From an uncultured Halobacteriales archaeon (GTDB lineage: Archaea; Thermoplasmatota; E2; JACPAO01; JAHWKR01): a stretch of 56,997 bases of DNA. The position numbers were made by a program, and so were the translations under genes. Within the stretch, counting starts at the first letter, position 1; every line of letters starts with the position of its first letter. Below are positions 26,522 to 36,508 of the stretch, piece after piece. The stretch is taken from the NCBI GenBank assembly GCA_964452895.1, contig CAYVRY010000003.1:1-56997 (forward strand), given 5' to 3'. The notes beneath the pieces are model-generated. The model was not told the DNA's origin and made no database searches. It saw nothing but the letters and a program-made list of their open reading frames with translations.

Positions 26522-27580
26522 TCACTTTTCCGAGGGGAGCGGGAACCGCAACCGGGCGGCGACCCCGCCGAGACCGGCCAGCCGCTGCCCCGCTTCATTG
26601 ACCTGCGCGATGACGTGCACGTCCGCGTTGACGCGTTCGGCGAGCTCCAGCAGCTCGTCGTGGTTCTTCTCGCGAACGGTGTGGTCCGTGATCAAGAGGG
26701 TCTCCACGGCACCGATCTCCAGGGCCTGATGGGTCTCTTGCGGTCCATACGTCGCGAGCCCGGATCCTTTGGCGATCTCGGCCAGCAGTTGTTCCATCTG
26801 CTCGGTGTCCTGCGCGATCCGGTGGTCCTTGACGATGCGTTCGAGCATGCCGCGTTTGACCGCTTCGTGGATCCCGGTCATGCCGGCCTGGCCGGTGCCT
26901 TCGGTGTACACGTCGCCCTTGTGTCCGGGGTAATCCTTGCCGAGGCGTTCTACGAGCCGTTCCCGTTTCCATCCGGGTCCCACTACGATCAAGGGGGATT
27001 GGGGGTCGCGGATCCCGGCGATCCGTTTCGCCACTTCCCCGAGGAAGTCGCCTTCGTCCTTGCTGTCGTACATCTTGCCGTGGCCTTGGGCGCTGAGCGT
27101 GGAGACTTCGCGGATCCCGTAGGCTTGCACTTCGGCGATGGTGGCTTCGTCTTCTTCCACGGCCACGGCCCATACGAGCGGCTGCCGGGATTCCTTTTCC
27201 GACTGCTTGAGGCGGTCCCAATGGTGGCGTCGCCATCCGGCCGGTTTGTGCAGGGTGAGGTCGTTGCGGCCGTCGGCCTCCACGTTGAGCGTGTGGTGCA
27301 TGCCGTGGTCCTGGCGCCCCGCGATGATCGTGCCGGCCACGCGCAGCCGGTCGCTGAAGTCCTGGAATTCCACGGTCTCCACGCGGATCGTCAGGGTCAT
27401 CGCTTTCTTCTCGGGTTTCCCGCGGCGTTCCACGGTGTCGTCCACGTCCGGTGTGCGGTGCGTGGTGGCACGCACGTCGTCGCCGGATTCCACGAGTTGC
27501 GCCAGGTGGTAGAGGTCGCCGATCACTTGGGGCACGAGTTTCACGGTGCCCGTCTCGCGGTCCCTCTTCAGGACCTTCAT
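26522..27580 (-). CDS. pelA: Pelota (Dom34) ribosome-rescue factor
   Basis: MKVLKRDRETGTVKLVPQVIGDLYHLAQLVESGDDV N-terminus, with eRF1-like central and C-terminal domains. ATG at 27580 overlaps the upstream stop (ATGA). Confidence 0.85.
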   Translation of the reverse strand: MKVLKRDRETGTVKLVPQVIGDLYHLAQLVESGDDVRATTHRTPDVDDTVERRGKPEKKAMTLTIRVETVEFQDFSDRLRVAGTIIAGRQDHGMHHTLNVEADGRNDLTLHKPAGWRRHHWDRLKQSEKESRQPLVWAVAVEEDEATIAEVQAYGIREVSTLSAQGHGKMYDSKDEGDFLGEVAKRIAGIRDPQSPLIVVGPGWKRERLVERLGKDYPGHKGDVYTEGTGQAGMTGIHEAVKRGMLERIVKDHRIAQDTEQMEQLLAEIAKGSGLATYGPQETHQALEIGAVETLLITDHTVREKNHDELLELAERVNADVHVIAQVNEAGQRLAGLGGVAARLRFPLPSEK

Positions 27581-29883
27581 CACGAGGCCTCCTCGAAGGC
27601 CTCTTCCTGGACGTGCAGGCCATGTGCCGAGACGAGCTGCAGGCTCCCGGGCGGCAGGTTGCGTTCGATGGGGTCCGGGTGGGCGTCGAAGGCACGCGCC
27701 AACGTCTTCGTGACACGGCGTCGGTCCGTCTTGCCGGGGCCCAATACGACCCAACGGTCCGCGTGGGCCTGGATCGCCGAGGGGGCGCCGGCCATGATCT
27801 TCGCCCGGAGTCCGCCGGGGGCCGTGGGGTCCGTCGGTGCGGCAGTGGGGTGTCCTTGTTTGTCGAGCCAGACGCGTCCCATGGCGAGTTCCATGGGGAG
27901 CTTGCGCATCCAGGTGCGTTTGCCGCGCACGATGAAGGCGCCGCGGGCCAGGTGTTCTCCGGCTTCCGCGGTCTTGGAGACCTGCATCGGCGTGGCCCAG
28001 TAGGCGTCGGCGCTGCCGGCTTGCGGGAAGGCGCGTGAATAGATCACGGCGAAGCGTCCGGCTTCCTCCAGGGTCTTCTCGGGGATCGCTTCGTCTTCCC
28101 GCAGGGCCTTGACCACGATGCTCGGCGCGCCGTGGATGTCCGCGTGCACGTAGCGGTCGTTCTCCTGCAGATGCTTCTTGATGAGCCGGTCGTTGGACGC
28201 GGCGTCGCGTCCCCCCAATACGAGTTCCCCGTTGGAGGCGTACATCCAGCGGAAGCTCTCGAACCAGTGGTGGCGTTCCCCGCCGATCAGGAGCGCGGGA
28301 CGGGCGGCGAGTTCGCGTGCTTCCTCGGCGGCCATGGACGCTTCCTGGGCCGCCGCCTGGAGCCGTTCCCGCGTCGATGCGAGGGCTTTCTTGGCACCGG
28401 CGAGTTTGCTCCGGCCTGCCTTGGAGCGCGTGTAGGCCACTTCCGCGTTCTCGTTGACGTTCTTCGTGATGTCCAAGGCGACGTCTTCCTGGCTGCCGTC
28501 GCTGTGGTCGAGGCGCAGCACGAGGCGTCCTTTCTTGGGTTCGAGCGAGACGATCCGTTGGGCGTCCGGGTTGCCCGCCTTGCGTCCTTGTTCGATCCGG
28601 TCCATGATCGTGGCCCAGTCGTGTTCACGTCGCGCCGTGTGGATCCCTTCGAGTATCCGTTCGATCTCCTGGTAGTGGGCGTACAGCAGGTCGCCGTGGC
28701 GGCGGCTCTTTTTCTCCTGCTCGGCGAATTTCACGATGGCCTCTTCCTGGGCGTCGCGCTGCGTCTCGAGTTTTGTTTTCGCTTCGTCGACGCGTTCGGA
28801 TTCCTCTTTCGCCTCCACGGTCCTTCGGCCTTCCAGGTGAAGGCGATCCAACGCGGCGCTGAACGTGGGGGTCTCCACGATCTGGTAGCGTCCGCTGTCC
28901 GCCTCGACCTTTTGTTCCATGAGGACGCTCCGGTGGGGTGCGCAGTCCACGGCGCGACCGTCTTCCATGAGCAGGCGCCCGGTGGGGGTCTCGTCGCTGA
29001 CTTCCTGGCGTAGGCCTTCCCAGGCGGCGAAGATGCGCGCGAGGGTCTCGTCGTGGGCCTCTTCGATGGGTGCGTTCTTGTCGACCCCGGCGCGGGCGAT
29101 CACTTCCTCGGCGACGGGACCGCCGAGTCCCACTTCCCGGGCCACGGCCCGCACGATCTCCCGGTTGCCTTCGCGCAGTTTCGCGATGAACGTCTCTTCG
29201 TCGAAGGTGAACGGGTCGGCGCGCGCGGGCGGCGGTTCGTACGCGGCACCGGGGCGCAGGGTGCGCGTTTTCCAGGCTTCATGCACCAGCGGGAGCAGGA
29301 TCCGGCCGTCGGGGCGGATGAGCAGGCAGTTCCCGTCGCCGAACATCTCCAACACGATGCGGTAGTCGCCGTCGCGTTTTTGCACGTGCACCGTGACGAT
29401 CCGGTCGAAGCCGGCTTGTTCGATCTTGTAGATGCGGCCGCCGGCGGCGTGGCGGCGGATCGCCATGGCGAACGAACTGGGGTGCGTGGGGTTCGCCGGG
29501 GGGTTCGTGGTGAGCAGGACCAGGGCGCCGCGTCGGGCGTAGAGATCCCGGCGGCCGACGCCGGGTTGCCGCAGGCGCAGGAGCAGTTCGTCGCGCGTGG
29601 GTTGGTAGGCTTTTTCCACGAAGGCGCCCACCAGGGGCTGCAGTTCCTTCTGGAGCGCCCGGATCTCCAGGGCGCTCAGTTGCGAGCGTTTGGGTCGCGG
29701 CAGCAGGATCTCTTGCGTGGGGTCGTCCGGGTCGGTGGTTTCTTCACTGCGGGGCGCGGGCTCGTGGGTCGGCTCGGAGGGGCCGTCCTTGCCGTGTGCG
29801 GGGTCTTCGTGGGCCCCCTGGGAGCCTTCCCGTGGGGGGGAGGGTGTGGCCACGGGGCGCGGGAGGTGGGTCGGGGTCTTCAC
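27580..29883 (-). CDS. NFACT-family protein (FbpA/RqcH/Rqc2 homologue) with a DUF814-type C-terminal domain
   Basis: NFACT-N features (LSALEIRALQKEL, FDRIVTV, EMFGDGNCLLI), a long coiled-coil middle, and HADIHGAPSIVVK of the NFACT-R/DUF814 region. An about 70-aa Pro/Glu-rich N-terminal extension makes the start uncertain. Confidence 0.8.
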   Translation of the reverse strand: MKTPTHLPRPVATPSPPREGSQGAHEDPAHGKDGPSEPTHEPAPRSEETTDPDDPTQEILLPRPKRSQLSALEIRALQKELQPLVGAFVEKAYQPTRDELLLRLRQPGVGRRDLYARRGALVLLTTNPPANPTHPSSFAMAIRRHAAGGRIYKIEQAGFDRIVTVHVQKRDGDYRIVLEMFGDGNCLLIRPDGRILLPLVHEAWKTRTLRPGAAYEPPPARADPFTFDEETFIAKLREGNREIVRAVAREVGLGGPVAEEVIARAGVDKNAPIEEAHDETLARIFAAWEGLRQEVSDETPTGRLLMEDGRAVDCAPHRSVLMEQKVEADSGRYQIVETPTFSAALDRLHLEGRRTVEAKEESERVDEAKTKLETQRDAQEEAIVKFAEQEKKSRRHGDLLYAHYQEIERILEGIHTARREHDWATIMDRIEQGRKAGNPDAQRIVSLEPKKGRLVLRLDHSDGSQEDVALDITKNVNENAEVAYTRSKAGRSKLAGAKKALASTRERLQAAAQEASMAAEEARELAARPALLIGGERHHWFESFRWMYASNGELVLGGRDAASNDRLIKKHLQENDRYVHADIHGAPSIVVKALREDEAIPEKTLEEAGRFAVIYSRAFPQAGSADAYWATPMQVSKTAEAGEHLARGAFIVRGKRTWMRKLPMELAMGRVWLDKQGHPTAAPTDPTAPGGLRAKIMAGAPSAIQAHADRWVVLGPGKTDRRRVTKTLARAFDAHPDPIERNLPPGSLQLVSAHGLHVQEEAFEEAS

Positions 29884-30033
29884 GATTGGGTTCCTGGCGC
29901 CCGGTTCTTGTGGTCGCCGCCAAAAGCGGATGTTGTACGGCCAAGACCGCCCCCATGGTCCCGTTAAGTGTCAGCAGGGTGTCGTCGCTCACGCGCGCGG
30001 TCTTTGGGGGGTCAAGCGCGCTCAGGTGTCTTC

Positions 30034-32196
30034 ATGGGCGGCGATCGGTTGTTGTTGGCATGCGCACTCGTGGGCCTGCTTCTGGTCCCGGTCGCAGCCC
30101 AGGCGCTGGCGACCCCTGTCGGCGACGGCCCGCGCCCCGATGAGTCTTCCATGGGCACAAAATGGGCGCAGGATCCATGGTGGCTCCACTCGGCCCGTTT
30201 CCCCGGTGGTTCCGGGCTCGACCCGGCGCTGGGGCGCATCGAGTCGCAGGGGATCGAGGCGGCCCGGTCGGACTCGGGCCGGCCCCTTTATGCGGTCCAG
30301 CAGACCCCGGATGGCTTCCGGTATGATGTGTTCGTGCGCTTCTTCGAGGCGCCGGGACGGGGCGAGCTGGAGGCGTTGGCGCGGTTTGCACCGGGGAGGA
30401 TGACCCCGTATTCGTTGGCGGAGGCGGTCCATGTCCGCGGGGTCTCGTTCGCGCAGGCCACCTCCATGCTGCAGGTCCCGGGTGTGGCGGCGGTGGAACT
30501 GGAACGGAGCGTGGTCCCGTTCGTGGACGTCGCGGCGGCGAACGCGTTGGTTGCGGGTCACGAGAATCTGGGCCCCGGGGCCCGGGAGCGCTGGAAGGTC
30601 GAAGGCCGCGACGCGGTGATCGCGGTCCTGGACACGGGGATCGATACGGAGCACGAGGTGTTCGAGCCGCAACGCTATGTGGGAGGCTACGATGCGACGG
30701 TCCCCACGGGACGCCTGGGGGATGAACTCCTGGACGGGAATCCTACTTGGACGCCGCTCAATGAGGTCGATCCGGATGATGATTATTACGCGGACGAGGA
30801 CCGGTACGCGCACGGGACGCACATGGCGAGCATCGCGTTCGGCCATGACCCGAACGGGACCTACACGGGGATGGCGCCGGCGGCGCGCTTTTTGGACGTC
30901 AAGGTGTTCTCGAACCTGACGGCGGGCGTGGGTCTTGCCGGGGGGCCGTCGGATCTGCCGTACGGGTGGGGCAGTTATGTGTTGGAGGGGATGGAGTTCC
31001 TGCATCGTTACAACAAGGGGGAGAGTCATCTCGGGGACCCGGGGCGGGACGCGGTGGATGTGGCGTTGATGGCGTTGGGGGAGACGGAACCGGACCCGGA
31101 CGGCACGGGGGTCTTGTCGCATGCGGCGAACCGGCTGGTGGCCACGGGGGTGAGCGTGGTCGCAGCCGCAGGCAATTGCGGGCCCGGAGGCAATCCGGAA
31201 TGCGCGGGCCACAACAACACGATCGCGGCGCCGGGTGCGGCCGAGCGGGCGATCACGGTGGGGTCCATGGTGCACAACGGCACGGTGGGTCCCTGGTTGC
31301 ACGACGACGAGAAGGACATCTGGTCATGGGACGAGATGTTGTCCCGGTTCTCTTCGCGCGGGCCGAACGGCGGTGAACCCAAGCCGAACCTGGTGGCGTA
31401 CGGGGAGGGGATCCGCGCCGCCCGGGGGGAGCCGGTCTCGTTCGAAGAGGCGTCCAACGAGTACAGGAACGGGACGGGCACGTCGCAGGCTGCGGCGCAG
31501 ATCGCCGGGGTCGTGGCGCTCATGCTCGAGGTGGAACCGACCATGAAGCCGGATGAGCTGAAGTCCGTGCTCATGGGCACATCGCGCGATCAGGGGCCCA
31601 AGGGATGGGATGAGGAGCATGGGGCCGGGGTGGTGAACGCGCTTTTCGCGGTGGGTGTCGCCATGGGGGTGCTGGACATGACGACCACGATCATTGATGA
31701 ACGCGGCCAGGATGCGGGGGACCGGCTGCAGAACACGACGCAGGAGGAACCATCGCCGCCGCGCACGGTGAACCAGGCGCCCGTAGCGCGCTTCCACTAT
31801 CGGCCCAGTACGCCCCAGGTCGGCGAGTCCGTGGTCTTCATCGACCGCTCTATGGACCCCGATGGTGATGACCTGGTGTCGCTGCGGTGGGATTTCGGGG
31901 ATGGGGAGACGGGCGAAGGCGCGCGTTCGGCGCACGTATATGAAAAACCGGGGGAGTACCGCGTCGTCTTGACCACAACGGATGTGCAAGGCACCGCCGG
32001 TTCTTGGCATACCGAGGTGCGCGTGGAGCCGGACGCGCAGGTCGAAGAGAGTCCTCCGGGTGGGCTCGTGTGGGTGTTCGTGGGCGTCGTGGGTCTCCTT
32101 TTCGCGTTGCGACGAGGTAAAAAGGGGGCCGCCTGGGGAGGTGCGCCGGGTCCGATGGGTTCATCATGGGTCCCTGCGATGGATTCATCACGATGA
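30034..32196 (+). CDS. Secreted subtilisin-like (S8) serine protease with PKD domain and C-terminal TM anchor
   Basis: Signal peptide. Catalytic triad contexts AVLDTGID, HGTHMAS and GTSQAAAQIAG. PKD motif WDFGDGETG...YRVVLTTTD. C-terminal PPGGLVWVFVGVVGLLFALRRGKKG. Confidence 0.85.
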   Translation: MGGDRLLLACALVGLLLVPVAAQALATPVGDGPRPDESSMGTKWAQDPWWLHSARFPGGSGLDPALGRIESQGIEAARSDSGRPLYAVQQTPDGFRYDVFVRFFEAPGRGELEALARFAPGRMTPYSLAEAVHVRGVSFAQATSMLQVPGVAAVELERSVVPFVDVAAANALVAGHENLGPGARERWKVEGRDAVIAVLDTGIDTEHEVFEPQRYVGGYDATVPTGRLGDELLDGNPTWTPLNEVDPDDDYYADEDRYAHGTHMASIAFGHDPNGTYTGMAPAARFLDVKVFSNLTAGVGLAGGPSDLPYGWGSYVLEGMEFLHRYNKGESHLGDPGRDAVDVALMALGETEPDPDGTGVLSHAANRLVATGVSVVAAAGNCGPGGNPECAGHNNTIAAPGAAERAITVGSMVHNGTVGPWLHDDEKDIWSWDEMLSRFSSRGPNGGEPKPNLVAYGEGIRAARGEPVSFEEASNEYRNGTGTSQAAAQIAGVVALMLEVEPTMKPDELKSVLMGTSRDQGPKGWDEEHGAGVVNALFAVGVAMGVLDMTTTIIDERGQDAGDRLQNTTQEEPSPPRTVNQAPVARFHYRPSTPQVGESVVFIDRSMDPDGDDLVSLRWDFGDGETGEGARSAHVYEKPGEYRVVLTTTDVQGTAGSWHTEVRVEPDAQVEESPPGGLVWVFVGVVGLLFALRRGKKGAAWGGAPGPMGSSWVPAMDSSR

Positions 32197-32259
32197 GGCC
32201 CATCCTCGTGTTCGTCGTCATGGTCTGCACGAAGATGTCCCGGACCTTGTCATCTCGTC

Positions 32260-32868
32260 ATGCCGCGAAGGGGGCCGTGCATGGGTGAAGTGGACGCGCG
32301 GCAAAACGGAGAGGGGGCCACTGGCGACGGCCGCGATCATGCCCCCGGTCACGATGCGAGGGAGGATCCCGTTCCCGAGAAGGTGGTGCCGGGCAAGGAC
32401 GAGGTGGACACGCAGGTGTTCCTGGAGCGTGCCCGTCAGGCATTGTTGAAGGAGGGGTTCCGGTCGACGTCCATGCAGTACCGGAAGAAGGAGCAGGTCT
32501 TCGGACTGGTCAAGGACCATGGGGACCGGCTGCAGCTGCATGTGCGGGCTTTCAGGAACGGCGTGATCGAGAGTGAGGTGGAGCTCTCGAACCGCTACAT
32601 CGAGCATTTGTGGTCTCCGCGCCGCAGCGCGCACAACGAGATCACCCAGATTCTTGAGAAGCACGGGTTGGACACGGCGACGATCAACACGGAGTTCCGC
32701 ACGCGAACGGGCGCCGAGCGTGAACGATTGCCGCGCATCGTGACGCCCACGCGCCCGCTGGTCAAGGGGGCCATGGGTGTCGCCGGGGCCGTGGGGGCGG
32801 TCGCATTGGCGCGGTACCTGCAGCGCATGACGGGCCGTTCCCGTGCCTCGAGACGATGGCGGCGGTAG
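32260..32868 (+). CDS. Hypothetical protein with a C-terminal hydrophobic segment
   Basis: 202-aa ORF with no recognisable motif and a C-terminal GAMGVAGAVGAVALARYL segment. The start is uncertain. Confidence 0.35.
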   Translation: MPRRGPCMGEVDARQNGEGATGDGRDHAPGHDAREDPVPEKVVPGKDEVDTQVFLERARQALLKEGFRSTSMQYRKKEQVFGLVKDHGDRLQLHVRAFRNGVIESEVELSNRYIEHLWSPRRSAHNEITQILEKHGLDTATINTEFRTRTGAERERLPRIVTPTRPLVKGAMGVAGAVGAVALARYLQRMTGRSRASRRWRR

Positions 32869-32896
32869 TGAGGAGGATCGGGTGGTGGCAGGCGAG

Positions 32897-33826
32897 ATGA
32901 AGGGACCCACAGGTGATGGCGACCCGCCCCGCTCCGGCGGTGCGTGCCGCGTCTTGTTGGTCTCGCGTCCGGACACGGCGAGTCGGAACATAGCGCGGGG
33001 TGTTTTGCAGCAGGCGGATTGGGCGTCCACGGACAAGGAGTTCGACGGCGCGCCGGTGCGGCGTCTGGAGGACCCCGATGCACCCTACCCGGTGCTTCTG
33101 GTGGAGATCCCGGATTGGCACATCGAACGCGAACAGATCGGGGAGCAGCTGGAGAAGGTCTTGGGACCGGTGGAATCGATCATGGTCCTCTCGCGCCACC
33201 GTGCGGCTTCCGGCAAGCCGAGCCTGACGGTGCACCCGGTGGGCAATCCGGGGGCGCAGGCCATCGCCGGCGGCCGCCCGTTCACCGCGACGCCCACCCA
33301 TCCCCATGTCTTGTCCGCGGCGTTCCGGGCTCTGGTGGTCGGCGCACAGCGCGCCGGTCTGGATCATGCGGTGAGCTTGGAGGCGACGCACCACGGTCCG
33401 TTCACGAAGGTCCCGCTTCTGTTCATCGAGGTGGGTTCTTCCCAGGAGCATTGGGAGGACCCATTGCCGGGGGATGTGGTGGCCGGCGCCGCGCTTTCTG
33501 CCGTGCGCCATGTGGCGCCACCGGGGACGCGGACGATCATGGGCGTCGGGGGGCCTCATTATGCGCCGCGTTGCGGAGCCTTGTTGAACGAGACGACCGT
33601 CAGTGTAGGCCACATGGTGGCGGATTACCATTTCAAGGCGGACGAACCGCCGGGACGCGACGTGTTGGCTGCTTTTCTCGCGGCTTCGGCCGCACCGGGC
33701 GCCCAAGGCGTGGATGGGGTCTATGTGGACCGCAAGAGCCTGCCGGGCCCAGCGCGTCGCCAGGTCATGCAAGTCATGGACGCCCTGGGGGTGCCGGTCT
33801 TGCGCACGGTGGACCTCCAGGATTGA
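32897..33826 (+). CDS. dtdA: D-aminoacyl-tRNA deacylase, archaeal type (DTD2)
   Basis: SRHRAASGKPSLTVHPVGN, SLEATHHGP, FIEVGSS and GVGGPHYAP match the conserved blocks of archaeal DtdA along its length. Confidence 0.8.
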   Translation: MKGPTGDGDPPRSGGACRVLLVSRPDTASRNIARGVLQQADWASTDKEFDGAPVRRLEDPDAPYPVLLVEIPDWHIEREQIGEQLEKVLGPVESIMVLSRHRAASGKPSLTVHPVGNPGAQAIAGGRPFTATPTHPHVLSAAFRALVVGAQRAGLDHAVSLEATHHGPFTKVPLLFIEVGSSQEHWEDPLPGDVVAGAALSAVRHVAPPGTRTIMGVGGPHYAPRCGALLNETTVSVGHMVADYHFKADEPPGRDVLAAFLAASAAPGAQGVDGVYVDRKSLPGPARRQVMQVMDALGVPVLRTVDLQD

Positions 33827-33970
33827 GTGGTGGACCGGCTCCCGCCCGCGTCCGGTTCAAGGGCTACTGGCTATATATGTGCAACCAGAACGAGGCTTGT
33901 GTTCCGGAGGAGATTTAGCCTAGCAAGCCGTGGTCGTTTCTACGCGGACCTTCTCTCAGGTGTCTGATCC

Positions 33971-34951
33971 ATGGATTTGAATGACCGCTCGATGATGTCG
34001 CCACTCGCCGTGGGGATCGTGATCCTCTTGACCCTGGCGGCTTGGGGCGCACCGGCGGGCAGCGCGGATTCCGCCGCGGGGTCGTACGACGAGCCGGCGC
34101 CCGGTGCCGTCTGGGTGCATCCGCTGTACATGGCGGGCGACCATGCCAGCGGGGGTCCGGCCTGGTTGGACGACGAGTTGCGGCGGAGCCTGGAGCGCGG
34201 TGAAAGCGTGCCCGTCGACGCGATCGAGGGGTTCGCGCTCACCGCCCGGCAGTACCGGCATGCGCAGCAAGCGCAGGAGAATGAGGGTTCGTACGGATGT
34301 CAGGTGTTCTGTCTCAGCATTCCATATCTGCACATCCGTCCGGGTGCGGCATTGGGCCTGACCCAGTTCGCGTGCACGGCGAACTTCGTGTTCGAGAACG
34401 GCGACCGCCTCGCCATCGGGACCGCCGGTCATTGTACCTGGGAAGGTCAGACGCAGTATACGCTGCTTGTGAACCCGGAACAGCAAATGGCGTACACGGC
34501 GATCGGTCGTACGGTCTTCAGCACGGGGAACGCCGGGATCGGGTCCGATTTCGCGCTCATAGAGATCGATGAGCGCTTCCATGGCATCGTGCGGCCGGAG
34601 GTGTCGTTGATCGACGGGCCGTGCGGCTGGGGGATGACGGCCTCCCTGGGTACGCCCATGGAAGGCTACGGCCATGGCCTGGTGTGGGGCGCGGGCGGGC
34701 AGTCCCGGGCCGGGGCGCTGCTCAGCGACGACGGGCACGCGTTGACCTACGCACTGGCGCCCGGCGTGAGTTGGGGGGATTCTGGCAGCCCGGCGATCTT
34801 CGCGGTGGGGAGTGAAGCCGCGGCGGTGACGACGCACGCGATCGCCATGACGCCGTACGCGGTGGGCACGAGCATGCCGCGCGTATTCGAGCTTCTGGAC
34901 GCGGCCGGGCATGGCGGATGGTCTCTTGTGGACAGTCCCAATTGTCTGTGA
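33971..34951 (+). CDS. Secreted chymotrypsin-fold (S1, streptogrisin/alpha-lytic-like) serine protease
   Basis: Signal peptide. His context GTAGHC, Asp context SDFALIEID, Ser context WGDSGSPA. Confidence 0.7.
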   Translation: MDLNDRSMMSPLAVGIVILLTLAAWGAPAGSADSAAGSYDEPAPGAVWVHPLYMAGDHASGGPAWLDDELRRSLERGESVPVDAIEGFALTARQYRHAQQAQENEGSYGCQVFCLSIPYLHIRPGAALGLTQFACTANFVFENGDRLAIGTAGHCTWEGQTQYTLLVNPEQQMAYTAIGRTVFSTGNAGIGSDFALIEIDERFHGIVRPEVSLIDGPCGWGMTASLGTPMEGYGHGLVWGAGGQSRAGALLSDDGHALTYALAPGVSWGDSGSPAIFAVGSEAAAVTTHAIAMTPYAVGTSMPRVFELLDAAGHGGWSLVDSPNCL

Positions 34952-34963
34952 ACGACCGGTCTC

Positions 34964-35680
34964 TCAGCGGTGGCGTTTGCCGTAACGGACGAAGTCGCTG
35001 ACGCTGTAGATCGTGAGCCGGTCCTGGATGCCCAGGGTCGTGGCGAGGCCGGTGCCGCGATGGAATCGGTCGTGGCTGACGAGCATGTGGAACCGTTCGT
35101 CGTCCAACGCGATCTGCCAGAGGGCCGCGTCCGCGGCGCTTGGCGGGGTGATCCCTTGGCCGTGGGTGCCCATGATGACGGGGTCGATGTTTTCCGGGTC
35201 GGGGAGGATCGTGATGTGGTTGAAGACGATCTCCCGGTCTACGTTTTTCAGGAACCGGACTTCGTCGGCCACGCTTTGGGCCGTGTAGTAGTGGAAACCC
35301 TCGGGGGGTTCCAGGATCAGGTGGATCATCCCGCCGAACGTGCCTTTGGCGCCTTCGATGATCGCGTTGGCATCGAGCAGGATATGCAGTTCGGCGCGTC
35401 GTTCATGGCGCACAGGGGGAGGCGGGGAGTGGTCTTCCTTGATGCGTCGCAGTCTGCAGGGCACCATCTCGATGTTCGGGTTCACGCGGCAGGTCACGGC
35501 CTTGTCCGGGTCGGTCTCGATGACCTCCCACGGGCCGCCGGGAGGTGGGCTCGGGTCGCACGTACCGTGCAGGGGGCATCCCGGGCACTGGTATCCCGTG
35601 TAATCCCGGATCCGTGCCACTTGGTGGTTCACCCGGGCCTGGGCGACCGGGAGGCCCGTGGTGCGCACCCGTTTGGCCAT
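34964..35680 (-). CDS. Cys-rich N-terminal domain fused to a PIN-like domain
   Basis: N-terminal CPGCPLHGTC...C...C, possibly a zinc ribbon. The C-terminal half begins ILLDANAII, like the first acidic motif of PIN nucleases. Confidence 0.4.
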   Translation of the reverse strand: MAKRVRTTGLPVAQARVNHQVARIRDYTGYQCPGCPLHGTCDPSPPPGGPWEVIETDPDKAVTCRVNPNIEMVPCRLRRIKEDHSPPPPVRHERRAELHILLDANAIIEGAKGTFGGMIHLILEPPEGFHYYTAQSVADEVRFLKNVDREIVFNHITILPDPENIDPVIMGTHGQGITPPSAADAALWQIALDDERFHMLVSHDRFHRGTGLATTLGIQDRLTIYSVSDFVRYGKRHR

Positions 35681-35833
35681 TGGGCCCTCATGCCGGCCGA
35701 TGGGTCATAAGGGGCGGGTTCGTGGCCATGGGGGGAATTGGCCTCCCTGGAGGGAAAAGGGCGCCCGGGCGCATCCGCCTTCAGCGGCCGGCCGACGGAA
35801 ACCTCTTTGGGACGGGCTCCTCTGGTCGGGTGC

Positions 35834-36370
35834 ATGGGGCGCGGTAGGGTTCCGTTCATGGTCGTCGTGGTGGTGGCGTTGACGCTGCTCGTGTCGTCCT
35901 GGGGGGCGGGGGCGGATCATCAACCCGGTCATTTCATGCGCAGTTACGAGGGTTCGCACACGATCGTCTGGGGTGCGCCCGGGCAGGGTGGCGCCTTCGT
36001 GGGGACGGTCTTTTGCAACGCGGATTCGGATGGACTTTCCACGGGGGCGTGCGTGCGGTACAAGACGGGCGGCTTCGATCATTCGGGGTCGCAATTCGAG
36101 GTGACGCTCACCGACCTGGCTTTTGGTCGACAGACGGCGTTCCTTGTCGGCTTCGATCTCACAGGAAGCGGCAGCATTGATTGCACGGGTGCGGGCGGCG
36201 GTCCCGACCGGTGTCATTTCGGCAGGGGGACGGTCACCGGCAGTGTGCCCACGGATGCGGGCACACCGGTCTTGTGGGTCTATCCCGCCACGGTGCACAG
36301 TTCCGCCTTTCCCTGTTGCCCGCAATCCTTCGCCACGGTGGGCGACATCGAGATCACGTTCAACAACTAG
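35834..36370 (+). CDS. Hypothetical secreted Cys-rich protein
   Basis: Signal peptide MGRGRVPFMVVVVVALTLLVSSWGAGA. Several Cys residues. No recognisable family. Confidence 0.4.
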   Translation: MGRGRVPFMVVVVVALTLLVSSWGAGADHQPGHFMRSYEGSHTIVWGAPGQGGAFVGTVFCNADSDGLSTGACVRYKTGGFDHSGSQFEVTLTDLAFGRQTAFLVGFDLTGSGSIDCTGAGGGPDRCHFGRGTVTGSVPTDAGTPVLWVYPATVHSSAFPCCPQSFATVGDIEITFNN

Positions 36371-36508
36371 GCGGCCGGCGTGTGGGCCCGTCCATGCGGG
36401 TTCACGCCTGGGCGGCCCGATTTCCTGGCGTTTTCTCGGGGACCGACCGTGTGCCTTTTCCCGTCCGCCGCCATGGGCGGTCTGCCCGCCCGGCGGGAGG
36501 ATGCGAAG

